From an uncultured Lachnoclostridium sp. (lineage in GTDB: Bacteria > Bacillota > Clostridia > Lachnospirales > Lachnospiraceae), in the NCBI GenBank assembly GCA_937903005.1, contig CALFNR010000144.1, positions 21,948-85,947 of the forward strand: a stretch of 64,000 bases of DNA, in the 5' to 3' direction. Made by a program: the position numbers and the translations under genes. Position 1 is the first letter of the stretch. Every line of letters begins with the position of its first letter. The notes under the pieces were generated by a model that made no database searches, had not been told where the DNA came from, and saw nothing but the letters and a program-made list of their open reading frames with translations. Positions 18,901-26,723 of the stretch are shown piece by piece.

Positions 18901-19254
18901 ATGTTAAATGATAAAAGATTAATTATTGCCGTTGATTTTGATGGAACTTTATGTGACTTCGGTTTTCCAAGCACGTTAGATGGAAAGCCAGTAGTAGGAA
19001 TGATTGAATTAGTAAAAGAACTAAAAAGACAAGGACACTACATGATTCTTTGGACCTGCAGAGAAGGAGAAAAGTTAGAGGATGCAAAGAGATTTTGCGA
19101 GCTCCATGGATTAGAGTTCGATTCATATAATGAAAATTCTCCAATGTCAATTGAAATGTATGGAGAAAGTCCACGAAAGGTCCATGCAGATATTTATATT
19201 GATGATAAAGTTGTTGATTACTACACTCTTAAAAGATTGGTAATCGGTTATTAG
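18901..19254 (+). CDS. HAD-like small protein (possible nucleotidase)
   Basis: N-terminal IIAVDFDGTL (DxDGT) motif, 117 aa. Confidence 0.45.
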   Translation: MLNDKRLIIAVDFDGTLCDFGFPSTLDGKPVVGMIELVKELKRQGHYMILWTCREGEKLEDAKRFCELHGLEFDSYNENSPMSIEMYGESPRKVHADIYIDDKVVDYYTLKRLVIGY

Positions 19255-19267
19255 AAAGGATGAAATA

Positions 19268-19615
19268 ATGGAAATTAAAGATAATTATACAAGAAGAGCA
19301 ATAGTGGTGAATGTAGTAGATGGTGATACCGTTGATGTGGATATTGACCTTGGCTATTATATGATAGCAAGGCATAGGGTGAGACTTCTAAGAGTCAATT
19401 CTCCTGAAAAGTTCGGAGAAACCCGCCAAGCCGGTTTTGCTGCAAAAGAATTTACAACAAATGAGTTGCTAGGTAAAGAAGTATTCCTGGTAAGCAAGAA
19501 GACCGATAGCTTTAAGAGATGGCTCGGAGAGATCTATTATAACAAAGATGGAGAGCTAAGAAATATTTCAGATGAACTACTTAAAAGTGGAAACGCAATA
19601 GAATACATGGTATAA
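19268..19615 (+). CDS. staphylococcal-nuclease-like (thermonuclease) protein
   Basis: VVDGDTVDV..RVRLLRVNSPE motif pattern. Confidence 0.6.
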   Translation: MEIKDNYTRRAIVVNVVDGDTVDVDIDLGYYMIARHRVRLLRVNSPEKFGETRQAGFAAKEFTTNELLGKEVFLVSKKTDSFKRWLGEIYYNKDGELRNISDELLKSGNAIEYMV

Positions 19616-19639
19616 AAATTAAGAAATGAGGATAAATGA

Positions 19640-20476
19640 ATGTTACTAAATGCAAAACCGATAGTTGAAAGAAAAATGAATGAGTTAAGAATGAGGGTTG
19701 AAAAACTCGTAGAAAAACCGAAATTAGTTATAATACGAGTTGGAAATGATTTTGCTTCGGGCAAATATGTCAATAACAAAGTAAAACGTTGTGATGAAGC
19801 GGGCATATTAAGTGAAATCGTACATTTTCCAGAAGATGTTGAAAGCAGCGTAGTGGAAAGCAAGATTCTAGAACTTAACCAGGATCCAGAGACAACAGCT
19901 CTATTGCTGCAGCTACCTCTTCCAAAGCACTTAGATGAAGATTACTTAACTTCTCTAATTGTTGCTGAAAAGGATGTAGATGGATTTACAACGCTTAATA
20001 TGGGTAAACTGGTACTTGGCCAAGAAGGAAACGTTGCTTGTACTCCATATGGAATAATCGAGCTGCTAAAAGCATATGACATAGCAATCGAAGGAAAAGA
20101 TGTGCTTATAATCAATAGATCTAATATCGTTGGGAAACCACTAGCTCACTTATTCCTGAAAGAAAATGCAACTGTAACAGTAGCTCATTCCAAAACAAGA
20201 AACCTAGAGCAGAAAGTTTGGGACGCCGATATCGTTGTAACAGCAGTTGGAAAGGCTAATATGTTCTCTGAACTACACTTCTCGCCATATACTACAATCG
20301 TAGACGTATCAATCAACTTCGATGAAAATGGAAAGATGTGTGGAGACGTAACAAAGTCCGATTATGATCGTCTGGTTGAAAAGCATTGCAATATAACTCC
20401 GGTACCAGGTGGAGTTGGCCAAATGACTGTATCATCACTAATTGAACAAGCTATAAGAATCAAAGAGAGAGAGTGA
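19640..20476 (+). CDS. folD: bifunctional methylene-THF dehydrogenase/methenyl-THF cyclohydrolase
   Basis: VGNDFASGKYVNNKVKRCDEAGI, LLLQLPLPKHL, DVDGF, IINRSNIVGKP and TPVPGGVGQMT match the FolD layout. Confidence 0.9.
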   Translation: MLLNAKPIVERKMNELRMRVEKLVEKPKLVIIRVGNDFASGKYVNNKVKRCDEAGILSEIVHFPEDVESSVVESKILELNQDPETTALLLQLPLPKHLDEDYLTSLIVAEKDVDGFTTLNMGKLVLGQEGNVACTPYGIIELLKAYDIAIEGKDVLIINRSNIVGKPLAHLFLKENATVTVAHSKTRNLEQKVWDADIVVTAVGKANMFSELHFSPYTTIVDVSINFDENGKMCGDVTKSDYDRLVEKHCNITPVPGGVGQMTVSSLIEQAIRIKERE

Positions 20477-20489
20477 TCTCTCTTTTTTT
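20464..20489 (+). terminator. rho-independent terminator after folD
   Basis: AGAGAGA-gagtga-TCTCTCT plus T7. Confidence 0.7.
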
Positions 20490-20499
20490 ATTTGAAAAG

Positions 20500-20535
20500 T
20501 GTACTACCAATTTTATGATTATATAATATAAATAT
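20500..20535 (+). promoter_or_regulatory. class-A phage promoter cassette
   Basis: TGTACT-N16-TATAATATAAATAT after terminator 20464-20489. Confidence 0.65.
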
Positions 20536-20559
20536 AGAGACAATAAGGAGGTTATCAAT

Positions 20560-20697
20560 TTGGAATGTATGAACTGTAAAAGATGGATCCGTACATCTAA
20601 AGAAATCAAGAAGGGTGATAAGGTAAGCTGCAAATGTGGCTGCGTTCATCTTTGCTTAGATAAAAATGAATATATATCAAGATGGAGGAAATTATAA
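20560..20697 (+). CDS. 45-aa Cys-rich zinc-ribbon-like peptide (not in ORF track)
   Basis: TTG 8 nt after AAGGAGG. MECMNCKRW..SCKCGCVHLC. Its TAA overlaps the nrdG ATG (TAATG). Confidence 0.4.
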   Translation: MECMNCKRWIRTSKEIKKGDKVSCKCGCVHLCLDKNEYISRWRKL

Positions 20698-21197
20698 TGA
20701 GATTTATGGATATAAAGCCCAATGATGTAATTAACGGTAAAGGAGTTATGGTGTCCGTCTGGCTTGCCGGTTGTCACCACCATTGTAAAGATTGTTTTAA
20801 TCCTGAAACTTGGAGCTTCAAAGCGGGCGAAAAATTTACTAACGACCATCTGAAATACGTATTGGAATTACTTGATAAGAATGGAATCAAGAGAGATTTA
20901 TCAATACTGGGTGGTGACCCGTTGGCTCCAGAGAATATCCAGGGAACTATTGGACTTTGCTCTTATATAAAATTAGCTAGGCCAGAAACAACAATCTATG
21001 TTTGGACCGGTTACACCTATGAGCAGCTTTTGGAGCGATATCCTAAGGAATGCTTTGATAAAATCGATATTTTAATCGATGGAAAGTTTGATGTGGAGCA
21101 AAAAGACCTTACTCTATTATTGAGAGGTTCCAGAAATCAAAGGATTATCGATGTAAAGAAGTCGAAAAAAGATTATGTAGTTGAGTTTACTATATAA
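20697..21197 (+). CDS. nrdG: anaerobic ribonucleotide reductase activating protein (radical SAM)
   Basis: CHHHCKDCFN is a CX3CX2C motif, with GGDPL. ATG 20697 preferred over the tracked 20682. Confidence 0.9.
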   Translation: MRFMDIKPNDVINGKGVMVSVWLAGCHHHCKDCFNPETWSFKAGEKFTNDHLKYVLELLDKNGIKRDLSILGGDPLAPENIQGTIGLCSYIKLARPETTIYVWTGYTYEQLLERYPKECFDKIDILIDGKFDVEQKDLTLLLRGSRNQRIIDVKKSKKDYVVEFTI

Positions 21198-21221
21198 ACA
21201 TTGATTATATAATATAAATAT
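21186..21221 (+). promoter_or_regulatory. class-A phage promoter cassette
   Basis: TTTACT-N16-TATAATATAAATAT. The -35 overlaps the nrdG 3' end. Confidence 0.65.
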
Positions 21222-21256
21222 AACAACAAATAAACAATCAAAAGGAGATTATTAAT

Positions 21257-21466
21257 ATGTCAAAATACCTATTAAAAGAAGTTAAAACATTTAGAACAGA
21301 TAGCGAGCTTGAAGCTGCAGCATTGGTTGATATGTACAAAGTAAAATATGATGTTGTGAGTTATTCAATCGTAAGAAAAGACAAAAAAGATGATAGCTAC
21401 TTTGTGGTAAAAATCACTCTTTATATCAATGATGAAAAGAATCCATGCGAAACATTTTCAGCATAA
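21257..21466 (+). CDS. hypothetical protein
   Basis: 69-aa ORF with AAGGAGA RBS behind a class-A promoter. Confidence 0.5.
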   Translation: MSKYLLKEVKTFRTDSELEAAALVDMYKVKYDVVSYSIVRKDKKDDSYFVVKITLYINDEKNPCETFSA

Positions 21467-21502
21467 TTATTATACAATATAAACACTTGGAGGATTATAG
21501 AA

Positions 21503-21829
21503 ATGACTAAATTTGAATTATTAATGAACATTGCAAGAATTTCTGAAAAGGCGGCGCCAGAAGACTTCCTATTTGAGTTGGTGAACTTTGTGCATGAGCT
21601 TTTATCTGATAAAGACAAAGAGATTTCACAATTAGAAGAATACGTTTGTTTTCTTGAAGAACAGGTTTGTGAAGAAGATGAAGAGGGTTTTGAATGTGCT
21701 GATTTAGATAGAGATCTAATGGACGCTATCTTCCATGAAGCAGTTTTAAGAGCTAAGACAAGAGAAGAAGAGAATAAGCCAGAGGTCGATGATTTCAGAA
21801 CTTTCTTAAAGGGAATTTTCGCAGAATAG
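21503..21829 (+). CDS. hypothetical acidic protein
   Basis: 108-aa ORF, GGAGGA RBS. Confidence 0.5.
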   Translation: MTKFELLMNIARISEKAAPEDFLFELVNFVHELLSDKDKEISQLEEYVCFLEEQVCEEDEEGFECADLDRDLMDAIFHEAVLRAKTREEENKPEVDDFRTFLKGIFAE

Positions 21830-21837
21830 GTGATTGA

Positions 21838-22272
21838 ATGGCTAAATACAACAACAAAAAGGTCGTAGTTGATGATATCACATTCGACTCAAAGGACGAG
21901 GCACTATATTACATCTATCTGAAAGAACAAAAGCAATTGGGCAATGTACTGGAATTTTCAGTACAGCCTAAATTCACTTTACTCAAAGCGTATGAGAAGT
22001 ATGGAAAGAAAGTGCGAGCAATGACATACAGCCCTGATTTCTATATTAAATATCCGGATGGAAAAGAAGAGTACATCGATGTTAAGGGAATGAGTACGCA
22101 GGCTAGTGAAATGCGAAGAAAGCTCTTTGATTACTTTTATAAGGATCTTACCTTACGTTGGGTTTCTAGGAACCTCAAACATGGTGATGAACATGGTTGG
22201 ATTGATTACGATGACCTAAAGAAAGTAAGAGCTGAAAACAGAAAGAAACTAAAACAAACCAAAGCAAAGTAA
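21838..22272 (+). CDS. DUF1064-like putative endonuclease
   Basis: YNNKKVVVDDITFDSKDEA..QPKF..YSPDFYI..EYIDVKG is the pattern typical of DUF1064 phage proteins, as I recall it. Confidence 0.55.
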   Translation: MAKYNNKKVVVDDITFDSKDEALYYIYLKEQKQLGNVLEFSVQPKFTLLKAYEKYGKKVRAMTYSPDFYIKYPDGKEEYIDVKGMSTQASEMRRKLFDYFYKDLTLRWVSRNLKHGDEHGWIDYDDLKKVRAENRKKLKQTKAK

Positions 22273-22333
22273 AACAAACCGTAACAAAGTGATTGAAAGT
22301 ACATTAAATTATTGGCACCAGGGAGAAACTACT

Positions 22334-22891
22334 ATGACTAATAAAATATATGCGTTTTGCGGATTATCTGGAACTGGTAAGACAACTGTTGCTAGAATAA
22401 TCAGCGAATTTTATGATCTGCCTTTCATAGTCTCATGTACTACTAGACCTATGAGACCAGGGGAAAAGGACGGAAAAGATTATCGCTTTGTAGATGATCA
22501 TACATGGAATAAATTATCTAAGAATGGAGCTCTTGCTGCAACACAGGAATTTAAAGTTGCTTGCGGTAGTGTTTGGAAGTATGGAATTAAACGAGATGAT
22601 CTAAAAGATTCTTGTGTAATGGTACTGACTCCTTCTGGAATAAATGAACTAAGAGCTGCAGGTTATAACGTCGTTTCTTTCTATATTACAATGATTGAAG
22701 AAACTAGACTAAAAAGAATTGGCTGCAGAAATGACAATCAAAGTAATGCGGAGATTGTCAGGAGAACTAAGGCTGATAAAGCAGTATTCAAAAAGTTTAC
22801 TCCTGATTATATAATAGATAACTCCGGAGAGCTTGCAGATACTATATTATATGTAGCCCAGCAAATGAGTAAAGAGAAGAGTGGCAAATAA
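22334..22891 (+). CDS. gmk: guanylate-kinase-like nucleoside monophosphate kinase
   Basis: P-loop GLSGTGKTT and TTRPMRPGEKDGKDYRFV. ATG 22334 follows GGGAG. Confidence 0.75.
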   Translation: MTNKIYAFCGLSGTGKTTVARIISEFYDLPFIVSCTTRPMRPGEKDGKDYRFVDDHTWNKLSKNGALAATQEFKVACGSVWKYGIKRDDLKDSCVMVLTPSGINELRAAGYNVVSFYITMIEETRLKRIGCRNDNQSNAEIVRRTKADKAVFKKFTPDYIIDNSGELADTILYVAQQMSKEKSGK

Positions 22892-23129
22892 GTCATTCTT
22901 CTTTTTTTATACAGAAAAAGGCCCTAGCTGCTTGCCAGAACCTTATCTATACAGAAATATTATTTAGACACAAACGCTCGAAACAGTAAACGTTTGGACA
23001 TCTGTTATTATAACGTATTTTTTACTAAAAGTACATATATATTTTAACAATACTAATTGTAAGGAATATTATGCAAAAAACTATGTACAAATGTTTTCAA
23101 TGTCTTAGAATGATCATATCATGTGGAAT

Positions 23130-23191
23130 ATATGTATAATTATAACATTTGTGTTAAAATTATACATATTTCTTGAAATATGTATACATAT
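23130..23191. promoter_or_regulatory. operator-like palindromes at the RiPP operon promoter
   Basis: ATATGTATAATT (23130-41) and AATTATACATAT (23158-69) form a perfect 12-bp inverted repeat. A 14-bp palindrome ATATGTATACATAT (23178-91) lies inside the promoter spacer. Confidence 0.6.
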
Positions 23192-23201
23192 ATACTATAA
23201 T
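23173..23201 (+). promoter_or_regulatory. sigma-A promoter of the RiPP operon
   Basis: TTGAAA-N17-TATAAT, 50 nt upstream of the ABC exporter ATG. Confidence 0.6.
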
Positions 23202-23251
23202 TTTTATTGTTTATTAATTTATTGACTTTATTTAATGTTATAAGGAGAATT

Positions 23252-25018
23252 ATGAAAAAATTCATTAATAAATTGGCGTTTGTTGCAAAAATTGTATTTA
23301 TTCAAAATCATATATACACACTAATATACATATTAGGAATACTTTTATCGGGGCTAGCTCCCGTTATACAATTATATATTCTAAATTACATTTTAAGGCT
23401 TATGGAGATCGCATTAACCCAGGGACTTAATGACAAATTGGTTCTAAATGGAGTATTAATTCTAGTATCAGAGGGTCTTATATTTACGTTTATTTATGTA
23501 ATTGATATGTTTAAAGATTTGCTTAATCAACTAATGATTGTGCGTGTGAATTATAATCTTCAGGAACAAATAATTAATAAGCTAAAAGATGTAGAAATTA
23601 GCGCATTTGAAGATCCTGAATTTTATGATAACTATTACAATGCTTCTGAACAATCACAGCAAGCTGTTACGCAAATAGTAAATACTGTAACTTATGGTGC
23701 TTCAATACTCATAAGTACATTGGGATATCTTCAAATAATCGCAAATTTTCACCTTGCAGCAATGTTTATAGTTCTCATATCATTTTTACCTAATATTATT
23801 TTTCATTATAAATTTCAAAGTAAAAAATACCAACTAATAGTGCGTGAAGCAAAAAATCAAAGAAAGCTAAATTACTATTATGATATTCTTGCCAAAAAGG
23901 AATATGTGAAAGAAAGCAAAATATACCCTTTACATAACTTTTTTGAAACTAAAAGAAAAATAACCTTTAAAAAATACTATGAACATTATAGAAAAATAAA
24001 TTCAAAAGAATTTAATGTAAACTTATTGCTAAATATGCTGGGACGAACTGGACGTTCACTCTGTATTATATGGATGTTTATTGATATTGTACATGGAAAT
24101 TACGATATTGCAGGATTTGCTACTTTTTTTAACGCTACATCATCTTTGGACAACTCTTTGAAGTCAATGGTAGCGTTTACTTCTATGGCAAAATCGTCTT
24201 GGATGATGTTGGACTTTTTTATGGACTTTTTGCAATATGAACCACGCTTAATAGGTGGGGAAATAAATGTGCAAAAGAGACAATCACATAAAATAGTGTT
24301 CGAGCATGTTTGGTTTCGATATCAAAATGAGGAGAGCTATGCTCTAAAGGATATCTCTCTTGAATTTAATACTGGCGAACTGACTGTGATATTAGGAATG
24401 AATGGAAGCGGAAAATCTACATTGCTTAAATTGTTACTAAGATTGTATGACCCTCAAAAAGGGAGTATTTTTCTGGATGATAACAATATAAAAAATTATA
24501 AACTAGATGAGTTATATTCCATCTATTCTGTAATATTTCAAGATTTTAATCGATACTCTGCGACACTCTATGAAAACTTAACATTTAGTATAAAACGTGA
24601 TCTTAATTTAAATCATCAATACATACTAGACCTTCTAAATTTTTTAGATACTTTAAGTGAAGGAGTAGACACTGAATTAACACAAGTTTTTGAAGAAGGA
24701 AGTGAATTATCTGGAGGACAATGGCAACGTGTAGCATTATCGAGAATGTTACTCAAAGATGCTGATATTATGATATTAGATGAACCAACCTCTGCCTTAG
24801 ATACGTTCTCAGAAAACTATATTTCAAATCTTCTTCGAAATCAAAAAAACAAGATGATTGTTTGTGTTACCCATAAATTATTCTGTATTGAGGAAGCAGA
24901 TAATATAGTGTTCCTAGAAGATGGGGAACTAATAAGCCAGGGAAAACATTCAATACTAATTAATTCCTGTGAGCAATATAGGCAATTATATAATCTACAA
25001 TTTGGGAATAAAGAATAG
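23252..25018 (+). CDS. ABC exporter, fused permease/ATPase (no C39 peptidase domain)
   Basis: N-terminal multi-TM half. Walker A GMNGSGKST, signature LSGGQWQR, Walker B IMILDEPTSALD. ATG 23252 follows AAGGAG. Confidence 0.9.
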   Translation: MKKFINKLAFVAKIVFIQNHIYTLIYILGILLSGLAPVIQLYILNYILRLMEIALTQGLNDKLVLNGVLILVSEGLIFTFIYVIDMFKDLLNQLMIVRVNYNLQEQIINKLKDVEISAFEDPEFYDNYYNASEQSQQAVTQIVNTVTYGASILISTLGYLQIIANFHLAAMFIVLISFLPNIIFHYKFQSKKYQLIVREAKNQRKLNYYYDILAKKEYVKESKIYPLHNFFETKRKITFKKYYEHYRKINSKEFNVNLLLNMLGRTGRSLCIIWMFIDIVHGNYDIAGFATFFNATSSLDNSLKSMVAFTSMAKSSWMMLDFFMDFLQYEPRLIGGEINVQKRQSHKIVFEHVWFRYQNEESYALKDISLEFNTGELTVILGMNGSGKSTLLKLLLRLYDPQKGSIFLDDNNIKNYKLDELYSIYSVIFQDFNRYSATLYENLTFSIKRDLNLNHQYILDLLNFLDTLSEGVDTELTQVFEEGSELSGGQWQRVALSRMLLKDADIMILDEPTSALDTFSENYISNLLRNQKNKMIVCVTHKLFCIEEADNIVFLEDGELISQGKHSILINSCEQYRQLYNLQFGNKE

Positions 25019-25060
25019 TGAAAACTAATCTATAAAATATATTAAAAGGGGAGTACATAT

Positions 25061-25246
25061 ATGTTAAAAAAATTAAATCATTCAAATGAATTGCAAAAAG
25101 GTAGCGCATTAGCCAAATGTGCATGTTTATGTATCTGTTTTGGTAGTAAAAAAGTAGGATTTGCCGTAACTGGTTCGGAAAATGGTATTCTTACAATGGC
25201 TGCATTAGATTTAGAAGAGGATATTTTAAACTTTATTCTAAAATAA
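25061..25246 (+). CDS. putative RiPP precursor peptide (61 aa, CxCxCxC)
   Basis: GGGGAG RBS. MLKKLNHSNELQKGSALAKCACLCICFGSKK.. Lies between the exporter and the radical-SAM maturase. Confidence 0.6.
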   Translation: MLKKLNHSNELQKGSALAKCACLCICFGSKKVGFAVTGSENGILTMAALDLEEDILNFILK

Positions 25247-25290
25247 ACCGTATAGTAATTTTATATTCTCATTATTCTTTATTCCTTAAT

Positions 25291-25321
25291 CTATAATAAG
25301 CAATAAAAATGCTTATTATAG
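25291..25321 (+). promoter_or_regulatory. perfect 12-bp stem hairpin between precursor and maturase genes
   Basis: CTATAATAAGCA-ataaaa-TGCTTATTATAG with no U-tract after it. Confidence 0.6.
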
Positions 25322-25350
25322 AGAAAATACTATGTAAGTTGGAGGAGACT

Positions 25351-26691
25351 ATGATATACAAGTTATTAACTGTTGACTCAGAAAAATATATATATGATGC
25401 ATATGATAACATTACCGTGCAAATAAGTGATGAATTATTCGATATGATTAATAATGGAATTTGTAATCATAGGTATCATGAACTTATAGAGCAGTTTGGT
25501 ATAAGAGATATATATCAGGATAAACACCTAAGCAGATCTGATTATGTTCATTCGGATGAATATAAATGGCAAGTGCAAAATTCTCAGAAACAATTAGTCC
25601 TTTCTATTACAGAAAATTGCAATATGAGATGTGAATACTGTGGTTATTATGATAAACGTTATGAAAAAAACGATCATAATATATCAGATTCTATGAGTGA
25701 ACATACTTTAAAAGCTGCCATTAAAAAATTCTTAACATGTTCCAGAGAAATGGATGTTGTATACATATCATTCTACGGTGGGGAACCTTTATTGAAGTTC
25801 GACCTAATACAAACAGCGGTTAAATTTGTAAGAGAAATGCATTATGGCCAGAAAATATGTTTTACAATTACAACAAATGGTCTTTTACTAACCCCAGATA
25901 TAGTTCAATTTTTTGTGGAAAACGATTTCACGATAACGATTAGTCTCGATGGACCAAAATATGTTCATGATAAATACCGCCTAGATGCAAATGGTAATGG
26001 TACTTATACAAGAATTATTAATAACATCATGTATATCAAAAAGAACTATATAAATTATTATGAACACAACATTCGTTATAATGTTGTACTGATAGAGCAT
26101 GACAAAAAAAATGAAATTGTTGATTTCTTTTACCACGAAAGTGTTAGCTATTTAGGTTTAAGTCTTACTAACCATTTTCGTGAAAAGTATAAAGACACAA
26201 TAAACTACTACAAAAATAAAGAAGTGCATTTAGGTGACGAAGTAGCTTCAGCTTTTTTTAATGTAGAAAAAGATATTAGACAACTAATCAAATTTTGTAA
26301 AATTGGAAGAGATGATGAACATAAAGTTTATATGCCCGCAGCCTATTGTTTACCATATGAAAGAAAGGTCTATGTTACTGCAAATGGTTCTCTGTATCCT
26401 TGCGAAAAAGTACCTGAAACTGCAAATTATATGTTGGGGAATCTTGAGGATTGGAACAATATCGAAGCTGTATCATCTGTAATTGAAAAAAGCTATAATA
26501 CTTATTGCAAAAAGTGTGCCAATTGTTGGGCTCAACGCTTTTGCGGAATGTGTTTTGCTAATGAATCAATAATTGAGGATAAGTGTGATGAAACACGTGC
26601 TAATATTGAGAAGAGCTATTCATTCTTCTTGAGTAAGGAATTTCAAGAAAGCAATATGTACAATAAATTATTACAAATTGGATTAGACTAG
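25351..26691 (+). CDS. radical SAM / SPASM-domain peptide maturase
   Basis: CNMRCEYCGYY (CX3CX2C), SFYGGEPLL, C-terminal Cys cluster ..SLYPCEKV..CKKCANCWAQRFCGMCF. ATG 25351 follows GGAGGAG. Confidence 0.85.
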   Translation: MIYKLLTVDSEKYIYDAYDNITVQISDELFDMINNGICNHRYHELIEQFGIRDIYQDKHLSRSDYVHSDEYKWQVQNSQKQLVLSITENCNMRCEYCGYYDKRYEKNDHNISDSMSEHTLKAAIKKFLTCSREMDVVYISFYGGEPLLKFDLIQTAVKFVREMHYGQKICFTITTNGLLLTPDIVQFFVENDFTITISLDGPKYVHDKYRLDANGNGTYTRIINNIMYIKKNYINYYEHNIRYNVVLIEHDKKNEIVDFFYHESVSYLGLSLTNHFREKYKDTINYYKNKEVHLGDEVASAFFNVEKDIRQLIKFCKIGRDDEHKVYMPAAYCLPYERKVYVTANGSLYPCEKVPETANYMLGNLEDWNNIEAVSSVIEKSYNTYCKKCANCWAQRFCGMCFANESIIEDKCDETRANIEKSYSFFLSKEFQESNMYNKLLQIGLD

Positions 26692-26723
26692 AAGCAAATA
26701 AATGAAGGGGAGGATAAATACAT

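Noticed and set aside
22907-22959. Direct repeat TATACAGAAA (two copies 43 bp apart) as an insertion scar of the RiPP island
   Set aside because: I could find no matching copy at the right-hand island border (29196-29268), and a short AT-rich repeat is easily a chance event.
23071-23139. 22-aa Cys-containing ORF (MQKTMYKCFQCLRMIISCGIYV) with an AAGGAA 4 nt upstream, as a possible second precursor
   Set aside because: It lies upstream of the mapped operon promoter, the RBS spacing is too short, it ends inside the operator repeat, and there is no independent support. It is worth a look only if peptidomics is done.
1156-25350. Tracked upstream start codons at 1156, 8111, 16707, 20682, 22289, 23207 and 25309
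   Set aside because: Each lies inside a promoter cassette or hairpin, or lacks an RBS. In-frame downstream starts with Shine-Dalgarno sequences were preferred (1180, 8192, 16719, 20697, 22334, 23252, 25351).
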